Source: Actinomycetota bacterium
GTDB lineage: Bacteria; Actinomycetota; Actinomycetes; Nanopelagicales; Nanopelagicaceae
Assembly: GCA_009698675.1 (NCBI GenBank)
Contig: WLPT01000001.1
Location: 27,909 to 91,908 of the forward strand
Length of the DNA stretch: 64,000 bases
Direction: 5' to 3'
The first letter of the stretch is position 1, and the number at the start of each line of letters is the position of its first letter. The notes under the pieces were generated by a model. That model did not search any database. It saw nothing but the letters and a program-made list of their open reading frames with translations, and was not told where the DNA came from. Shown piece after piece: positions 57,558 to 64,000 of the stretch. Made by a program: the position numbers and the translations under genes.

Positions 57558-58103
57558 ATGAAATCTTTATATAAAGCCTCAATAGTGGCGCTTATTGCTA
57601 TCGTATTAACAAGTTGCAGCGGGGCCGGTACTTCGAGCACGCAAGTGAGTTATGTATCGGGAAATGGTTCTGTTACTTATATTCAAACTGCAGACCGTAC
57701 CCAGGCCCCAGCATTAGCAGGTATGACGCTCTCTGGTAAGAATTACTCATATGCATTTGGGCGCGTGACAGTCCTAAATGTATGGGCATCATGGTGTGCT
57801 CCCTGTCGCGCAGAGATTCCAACTCTCATTGCGCTCTCCAAAAAATATAATGAAGTTACATTTATTGGAGTACTTACACGCGACAATCCTCCAACGGCCG
57901 AGGCTTTTCAACGTAGATTTGAAATCCCTTATCCAACATTGATTGATGACTCAATTCTGCTTGGCTTTAAAGGCTCGCTACCGGCAAATGCAATTCCGAC
58001 CACGGTGGTTATTGATAGAAACGGCCGAGTTGCAGGGAGAATTTCAGGCGAGGTCACGGTAGCTTCGCTTTCAACACTCATTGAACAAGTGAGCTCAGAG
58101 TGA
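57558..58103 (+). CDS. resA: TlpA/ResA thiol-disulfide oxidoreductase lipoprotein
   Basis: Lipobox LTSC, WCAPC, IPTT. Confidence 0.9.
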   Translation: MKSLYKASIVALIAIVLTSCSGAGTSSTQVSYVSGNGSVTYIQTADRTQAPALAGMTLSGKNYSYAFGRVTVLNVWASWCAPCRAEIPTLIALSKKYNEVTFIGVLTRDNPPTAEAFQRRFEIPYPTLIDDSILLGFKGSLPANAIPTTVVIDRNGRVAGRISGEVTVASLSTLIEQVSSE

Positions 58104-58825
58104 AAGATTTCTTCGTCGAGCAGATTCTTAACGGATTCTTAATTACAGCTTTTCCGGTAGCTTTCATTGCTGGCCTTATATCCTTTCTATCTCCATGTGT
58201 CTTGCCACTTGTCCCTGGCTATCTATCTTTTGCCGCAGGGTTTTCAGAAAATAAGGGAAAAGTTTTGTTAGGTTCAACCCTCTTTGTCGGTGGATTCTCA
58301 GTTGTTTTCATCTCCTATGGTGCAATCTTTGGTGGTTTGGGTAATCAACTGGCCGCAAATGAAAAGGTGATCTCACGAATCCTTGGCATGCTCACAATCT
58401 TTTTGGGCTTCGTTTTTCTTGGTAAGTTTCCATTTGCGCCAACGTTTCGTCCGCGGATGAAGACAACCGGTGGCTTAATCGGTGCGCCACTTCTTGGAGT
58501 TCTATTTGGAGTTGGTTGGACACCTTGTATCGGCCCTGCCCTTGCGGCAGTGCAGACTCTTGCTTTTCAAGAGTCGAGTGCAGTGCGGGGAGCCATTCTC
58601 TCTTTAGGTTATTGCTTAGGGCTAGGCATTCCATTTATAGCATCAGGGTTATTTTTTGATCGTTCACAACCATTGCGAAAATTTCTGGTCCGCCGTGGAG
58701 ATTTAATATCCAAACTCGGTGGTGCATTCCTCATTGCGATTGGAGTTCTGCAAGTTACTGGCACATGGGGTCAGATTATGAACTCACTTAGATCGCTCAT
58801 CTCAGATTTTATTCCGGTGGTTTAA
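58100..58825 (+). CDS. ccdA: cytochrome c biogenesis protein CcdA
   Basis: SPCVLP, WTPCIGP. Confidence 0.94.
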   Translation: MKDFFVEQILNGFLITAFPVAFIAGLISFLSPCVLPLVPGYLSFAAGFSENKGKVLLGSTLFVGGFSVVFISYGAIFGGLGNQLAANEKVISRILGMLTIFLGFVFLGKFPFAPTFRPRMKTTGGLIGAPLLGVLFGVGWTPCIGPALAAVQTLAFQESSAVRGAILSLGYCLGLGIPFIASGLFFDRSQPLRKFLVRRGDLISKLGGAFLIAIGVLQVTGTWGQIMNSLRSLISDFIPVV

Positions 58826-60295
58826 ATGAATCAAGAACTTCAAATTCCTGAGCTCGGTGCTATTGGATTGCTGAGATATGCATGGCGCCAACTCACGAGT
58901 ATGCGCACAGCGTTAATTCTCTTGATGCTTTTAGGTGTAGCTGCCATCCCTGGCTCTCTAATTCCACAACGGACTCAAAATCCGATGGCAGTTAGCGCCG
59001 CTTTCAAGAGCTCTCCAGGCCTCTCGCGCATGATGGATCGCTTCTCGCTCTTCGATGTTTACGGATCGCCATGGTTTAGCGCTATTTATATCCTTCTATT
59101 TATCTCACTTATAGGATGCGTATTTCCTCGAACAATCGAGCATTTTCATGCCTCCCGAGCGCTTCCACCAAATACTCCTAAAAATCTTAATCGGATGGAG
59201 TCATACTCAACGTGGCCAGCGGCAGGTAATGAATTAGAGCTTGCTCGAGCTTGGTTTAAAAAGAATCGTTTTAGAGTTTTAGAAAAAGATAGCTCTATCT
59301 CTGCCGAAAAAGGCTTTCTGCGTGAAACCGGAAATCTCTTTTTTCATCTGGCGTTAATCTTAATTTTATTGGGCATATCATTTTCATCACTCTTTGGTAT
59401 GCGCGGAGAAGCTATTTTAAATGTAGGCGAGCGTTTTGTTAATACTCCTACCAGCTATGACTCACTATCCTATGGAAAACTTTTCAAAGATGGGAAATTA
59501 GTCAATTTCATAATGACTATCGATAAGTTTGAAGCTAAATATAACGTAGTAACAAATGCTCCAGAAGATTACATATTGAACGTAACTTTACGTCGGGGAG
59601 ACCTCGTAACTTCCGAGAAACATGTAATTAAGGTGAATTCACCGCTTACACTTGGAAGCACAAAAATATATTTGCAAGCAAATGGATATTCACCAGTTGT
59701 GACTGTGCGAGATTCAGCGGGAAATGTTGCAATGCAGGGTCCTATTCCTTTCTTACCTCAAGATGCAAACTTGCGCTCAACCGGTGCGATTAAAGTTCCT
59801 GATGCAGATCCGCAAGTGGGATTTGTTGGCTCCTTTGTTCCAACATATGGGCGCAGCAAAGGTGGTGGTGCAGTCAGCGTCTTCCCAGATGCCTTAGATC
59901 CACGTTTACTACTCTCGGCTTGGAGTGGTGATCTCGGCTTGGATTCTGGTACTCCACAATCTGTTTATCGCATTGATACTTCGTCTATGAAAGAGATTGG
60001 CTTGAAATCATTAAAGCCAGGTGAGATTTTTACATATGCCGGCGGCGCAATAACCTTTGAAGGTTATGTCCAATGGGTCAACTTGCAGATCGTCGATGAT
60101 CCTGGCAAGAACTATGCCCTTCTCGGGGCTATTGTTGCCATCCTTGGTCTACTCGCATCTTTATTTACTCGCCGGCGCAGGATATGGATTCGCGCCGGTG
60201 AAGTAGTAGAGGTTGCAGGACTAGCTAAGAATGCCGCACCGGGATTAGAGGAAGAGATCGCTAATTTCGTTCAATATTTAAAGGGAGAGAAATAG
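58826..60295 (+). CDS. resB: cytochrome c biogenesis protein ResB
   Basis: LTSMRTAL, GNLFFH, VN.PL, DPG, RRRIW. Confidence 0.93.
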   Translation: MNQELQIPELGAIGLLRYAWRQLTSMRTALILLMLLGVAAIPGSLIPQRTQNPMAVSAAFKSSPGLSRMMDRFSLFDVYGSPWFSAIYILLFISLIGCVFPRTIEHFHASRALPPNTPKNLNRMESYSTWPAAGNELELARAWFKKNRFRVLEKDSSISAEKGFLRETGNLFFHLALILILLGISFSSLFGMRGEAILNVGERFVNTPTSYDSLSYGKLFKDGKLVNFIMTIDKFEAKYNVVTNAPEDYILNVTLRRGDLVTSEKHVIKVNSPLTLGSTKIYLQANGYSPVVTVRDSAGNVAMQGPIPFLPQDANLRSTGAIKVPDADPQVGFVGSFVPTYGRSKGGGAVSVFPDALDPRLLLSAWSGDLGLDSGTPQSVYRIDTSSMKEIGLKSLKPGEIFTYAGGAITFEGYVQWVNLQIVDDPGKNYALLGAIVAILGLLASLFTRRRRIWIRAGEVVEVAGLAKNAAPGLEEEIANFVQYLKGEK

Positions 60296-61189
60296 ATGTC
60301 ACGTACGTGGGCTTTTTTATCTAACTATCTGATTTATTCAGCCATGGCCGTATATACCTTGTCCTTTTTTGCCCACGCAGTTGAAACCGCTTGGGCGGTA
60401 AAGATTCCCGACGAAGCGGCGCCTAAAACTCTGGACTATAAGCGCACTGAAAAAGTTGCACGCATAGCAACGGCGATGATGATTCTTGGTTTTCTGCTAC
60501 TTCTCGCGGGAGTCATTGCGCGTGGAGTCTCTGCAGGGCGTGTGCCTTGGGGAAATATGTATGAGTTTTCAATTACTGGTGCGCTTGCATTTTCAGGCGC
60601 CTATCTTGCGGCATTACGAAAATATGATTTACGTTGGTTAGGGCTTTTAGTTTCGACTGCAGTTTTGTTAACGCTGGGTACTGCAGTTGCCGTGCTGTAT
60701 CGACCAAGTGCACCACTTGTTCCAGCGCTTAAATCAACGTGGCTAGTTATTCACGTATCGGCGGCGATAATTTCAGGCGGAGTGTTTTTATTGGCAAACA
60801 CGATCGCTGCTGCATATCTATATTTAGATTCAATGGAGTCAAAGGGCGAGCGAACTGCATGGGCTAAACGTCTGCCTTCCCTTGAGTATTTAGATCAACT
60901 CTCATACCGCTTAGTGGCATTTGTATTTCCTCTGTGGACTTTTGCCGTCATCGCAGGAGCTATCTGGGCAGAGAGTGCATGGGGACGCTATTGGGGTTGG
61001 GATCCAAAAGAGACTTGGGCCTTTATAACGTGGGTCGCCTACGCGGCTTATTTACATGCCCGCGTAACTATTGGTTGGCGTGGACGTCGCGCGGCTTGGC
61101 TCTGTTTATTTGCCGGTTCAACATTCTTATTTAACTATATCTATGTAAATATTTGGGGAACAGGCAAGCACACGTATTCGGGGCTTTAA
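60296..61189 (+). CDS. ccsB: cytochrome c biogenesis protein CcsB/ResC
   Basis: WWD motif WAESAWGRYWGWDPKETW. Confidence 0.94.
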   Translation: MSRTWAFLSNYLIYSAMAVYTLSFFAHAVETAWAVKIPDEAAPKTLDYKRTEKVARIATAMMILGFLLLLAGVIARGVSAGRVPWGNMYEFSITGALAFSGAYLAALRKYDLRWLGLLVSTAVLLTLGTAVAVLYRPSAPLVPALKSTWLVIHVSAAIISGGVFLLANTIAAAYLYLDSMESKGERTAWAKRLPSLEYLDQLSYRLVAFVFPLWTFAVIAGAIWAESAWGRYWGWDPKETWAFITWVAYAAYLHARVTIGWRGRRAAWLCLFAGSTFLFNYIYVNIWGTGKHTYSGL

Positions 61190-61443
61190 AGCTTTCCTAA
61201 GAACTCTGGGTCATCATCGGGTGGCAAGATTCGTCGCTTTGGTTGATTGCGACCAGTACGCGCAATCTTTGGTCGACCCGCTACCCAGTAGCCAATAGGG
61301 CCCAACGTTCCAATAAGAATAATTATTAGAATCCATGCCCACTTCGGAAGATTGCGAATCTGTGTTTCATCGGTGCGTGCACAATCAACCAAGGTATAGA
61401 TGGAAAAGCCTACGAGCAACAAGGGAAGTAGAAAGCGAACCAT
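61186..61443 (-). CDS. PLD nuclease N-terminal (PLDc_N) domain protein
   Basis: LPKWAW...GP, PDDDPEFL. Confidence 0.85.
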   Translation of the reverse strand: MVRFLLPLLLVGFSIYTLVDCARTDETQIRNLPKWAWILIIILIGTLGPIGYWVAGRPKIARTGRNQPKRRILPPDDDPEFLGKL

Positions 61444-61447
61444 GGTC

Positions 61448-62296
61448 TTATTGTATCGCTAAGGCAATCGCAAAGATTGCAGCAAAGATGAGTTGTAGTT
61501 TTCCAGTTTTTCCTAAAACCGGTATCAACGCTGCGCCCGATGCACCGCTCATTACTTGTCGGGCTAGAGAGAAGGTGAGGGGTGCCACTGCAAGAGTTAA
61601 GAGCGCCGTAGGGATAAAAGTTGCTATCGCCGCTGTATGCGAAATGACAAGCAGGGCAACGAAAGCTCGACGCGCTGCCAGATCCCCCATTCGAACGGCC
61701 AAAGTTTTCTTTCCAACGAGGGCATCTTGCTTGCGATCTCGAAGGTTATTGATTGTCAGAATTGCGCACGAAAGCGCGCCCATGGGAATTGCAACAATAA
61801 AGCTTAATAAAGTGATCCTTTGAGTTTGAACGTAGAAAGTTCCAACGGTTGCAACAACTCCAAAGAAAATAAAGACTGAAACTTCACCAAAGCCGCTATA
61901 ACCATATGGCCTTCGCCCGCCTGTATAACTCCATGCAGCTGCAATCGCCGCAACACCAACTGCAATAAGAATTGGCGAAGTAAGGATGGCGAGCCAGAGA
62001 CCTGCGATTGAAGCGATTACAAAAGATAGAAAGGCGGCATGCTTGACGCTGCGAGCCGACGCTAATCCACTTGCGACTAACCGAGTAGGACCAACGCGAT
62101 GGGTATCAGTCCCCTTAATTCCATCGGAATAGTCATTGGCAAAGTTGACACCAATTTGTAGCCACAAAGAAACCTTCAGTGCAAGAGCGGCACGAAACCA
62201 GTTGAACTCGCTGCCTGCTAAAGCCGAAGCCACTACTACAGGTGCAATGGCCGCTGGCAATGTTCGCGGCCGTGCTCCGAGAATCCACTTATTCAT
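61448..62296 (-). CDS. menA: 1,4-dihydroxy-2-naphthoate polyprenyltransferase
   Basis: ARPRTL, NDYSDG..GTD, NNLRD. Confidence 0.95.
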   Translation of the reverse strand: MNKWILGARPRTLPAAIAPVVVASALAGSEFNWFRAALALKVSLWLQIGVNFANDYSDGIKGTDTHRVGPTRLVASGLASARSVKHAAFLSFVIASIAGLWLAILTSPILIAVGVAAIAAAWSYTGGRRPYGYSGFGEVSVFIFFGVVATVGTFYVQTQRITLLSFIVAIPMGALSCAILTINNLRDRKQDALVGKKTLAVRMGDLAARRAFVALLVISHTAAIATFIPTALLTLAVAPLTFSLARQVMSGASGAALIPVLGKTGKLQLIFAAIFAIALAIQ

Positions 62297-63365
62297 ACTC
62301 CACCATCTTTGCAAGAGTTATTCGATCGACTTTACCAATACCAAGCAATGGTAGTGACTCCATGATGTGTATGCCTTTTGGTTTTGCAACGCCACCGAAA
62401 GCCGCCTCCAAATAATGCGAAATCTCAGTTTCATTGACTTCACCGACTATCGCAACATGAAGTGCCTGGCCCCACTGCGGATCATCTATAGAAAATGCTG
62501 CGAATTCTAGATCTGGGAAACGGATCGAAAGTGTTGCCTCTATTGCAGTAAGGGAGAGATTCTCACCTCCAGAAATAATTACATCATCGGATCGACCGAG
62601 CACATGAAGTATATTATTAACGATCTCACCACGATCATTTGTTATAAACCAGCCATCATGTAATTGAAATATGCTTGGCGAGTTCAGATAAGCCGTCGCT
62701 AAGACTGAACCGCGAATCCTTATTACGTCACTTTCTCCAATTTCAAATTCAACTCCGCTTAATGCTTGGCCATCATAAATACAGCCACCGCAGGTTTCAG
62801 TCATGCCATAGGTTTCAATAATGTTTATATCTTGTGCCTCTGCTTGTGCGCGAAGTGTTGGAGAAAGAGCTGCCCCACCAACTAAAACTATTTGTGCGGC
62901 TTGTAAATGCTTGAGCAATCGATCATCTGAGTGAAGGGCTCTAAATAGCTGTGTAGGTACGATTGAAGTGAAATTAACTTTTGGATATTCACCCTCGAAA
63001 TTACGAAGGTCCACAGGAAGTGTTCCAAGTTCAATTGAACGAATAATTACATTAACTGCCGCAATATGAGTTACAGGTAATAAGAGCGACCACTGTTGCC
63101 CGTTGACCGCTTCGAGAAAAGTATTTGACGCCCTTGCAGAAGCAATCAGTGCGCTCGAAGTGAAGCCCACCTCTTTTATTAATCCCGTGCTTCCACTTGT
63201 GCCGATGACTATGGCAATATTCTTCTCAGTGCTCTTGGATCGGACCTCGCCAAAGCTAAGGGCAGGGCCAGTTCCATCGAGGGCGGCAGTGATTTCCCTG
63301 ACTAACTCAGGGATAGACCACGCAGGGCTGGCTCGAAGTAACTCTCGTTGTGACGACATGTCCAT
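62289..63365 (-). CDS. menE: o-succinylbenzoate--CoA ligase
   Basis: TSGSTG..K, TYGMTET, GR.DD.I.SGGE; men cluster. Confidence 0.9.
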   Translation of the reverse strand: MDMSSQRELLRASPAWSIPELVREITAALDGTGPALSFGEVRSKSTEKNIAIVIGTSGSTGLIKEVGFTSSALIASARASNTFLEAVNGQQWSLLLPVTHIAAVNVIIRSIELGTLPVDLRNFEGEYPKVNFTSIVPTQLFRALHSDDRLLKHLQAAQIVLVGGAALSPTLRAQAEAQDINIIETYGMTETCGGCIYDGQALSGVEFEIGESDVIRIRGSVLATAYLNSPSIFQLHDGWFITNDRGEIVNNILHVLGRSDDVIISGGENLSLTAIEATLSIRFPDLEFAAFSIDDPQWGQALHVAIVGEVNETEISHYLEAAFGGVAKPKGIHIMESLPLLGIGKVDRITLAKMVEYE

Positions 63366-63408
63366 TGCAGCCGTAGGCTATCGCTAGCAACGATTGAAAA
63401 GAGGAAAT

Positions 63409-64000
63409 GTGAGCAAGCCGATTAACCGCGATTTTGGTAGCCGTGCAATCCCCAGTTGGGAAGTTGCCCCGGGCGGGGAGAATTTCACCGATATCCGATA
63501 TCAAATGGGCGATGGCATGGCCAAAATCACTATCAACCGACCCGCAGTCCATAATGCATTTCGCCCGCAGACGATTATCGAATTAATTGAGGCCTTTTCT
63601 TTGGCGCGTGATAATGAAGATGTTGGTGTAATTATTTTAACTGGCGAAGGAAGCGATGCATTCTGTTCGGGTGGCGACATTAGTGTGCGCGGCGATGATG
63701 GATATCTTGGTGATGACAAGTTATCTAAAAAAGGTATCGGCCGTTTAAATGTTTTAGATCTTCAAGTCCAAATTCGCCGCACACCGAAGCCAGTAGTTGC
63801 GATGGTTGCCGGGTGGGCAATTGGAGGGGGACATGTTTTGCATGTTGTCTGCGATTTAACTATCGCCGCCGAGAATGCAAAATTTGGTCAGACGGGACCG
63901 ATGGTTGGTTCATTCGATGGAGGCTACGGCGCGGGTTTACTCGCCGCACACGTTGGTCAGAAAAAAGCTCGAGAGATTTGGTTTATGACTCGTCAATACG
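63409..64000 (+). CDS. menB: 1,4-dihydroxy-2-naphthoyl-CoA synthase (partial, runs off the right edge)
   Basis: Translated by hand: [46 protein letters not shown]. Confidence 0.95.
   Translation, partial: MSKPINRDFGSRAIPSWEVAPGGENFTDIRYQMGDGMAKITINRPAVHNAFRPQTIIELIEAFSLARDNEDVGVIILTGEGSDAFCSGGDISVRGDDGYLGDDKLSKKGIGRLNVLDLQVQIRRTPKPVVAMVAGWAIGGGHVLHVVCDLTIAAENAKFGQTGPMVGSFDGGYGAGLLAAHVGQKKAREIWFMTRQY

Overview
64 kb of a streamlined, moderate-GC actinobacterial chromosome. Dense overlapping genes, mostly leaderless promoters and the gene content suggest the freshwater acI / 'Ca. Nanopelagicales' lineage; this is an inference. The backbone is housekeeping: tilS-hpt-ftsH-folEPBK-panC-coaX-lysS-argA-clpC, mutY-radA, proC, XPB, the ResA/CcdA/ResB/CcsB cytochrome c maturation genes and menA/E/B. 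Two accessory blocks stand out. (1) 0.4-7.6 kb: a non-canonical heme-copper oxidase module. It has CtaG plus a small membrane protein, a perfect TGTGA-N6-TCACA operator, a membrane-anchored cupredoxin with an unusual His/Cys/Cys/Met/Met ligand region, and subunits II/I/III. Subunit I carries two extra N-terminal helices and a degenerate K proton channel, resembling oxidases of acidophilic iron oxidisers. An EamA transporter and a Nur-boxed NiCoT transporter follow. (2) 31.2-42.9 kb: a complete Tad/Flp pilus island. It has a disulfide-tailed Flp pilin, a hairpin occluding the tadE start, an internally duplicated TadC, and a possibly structured 150-nt element upstream. Several candidate cis-regulatory RNAs are also present. 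I recognised no rRNA, tRNA, CRISPR array, transposase or integrase. All calls come from motif recognition by eye; no database searches were run.
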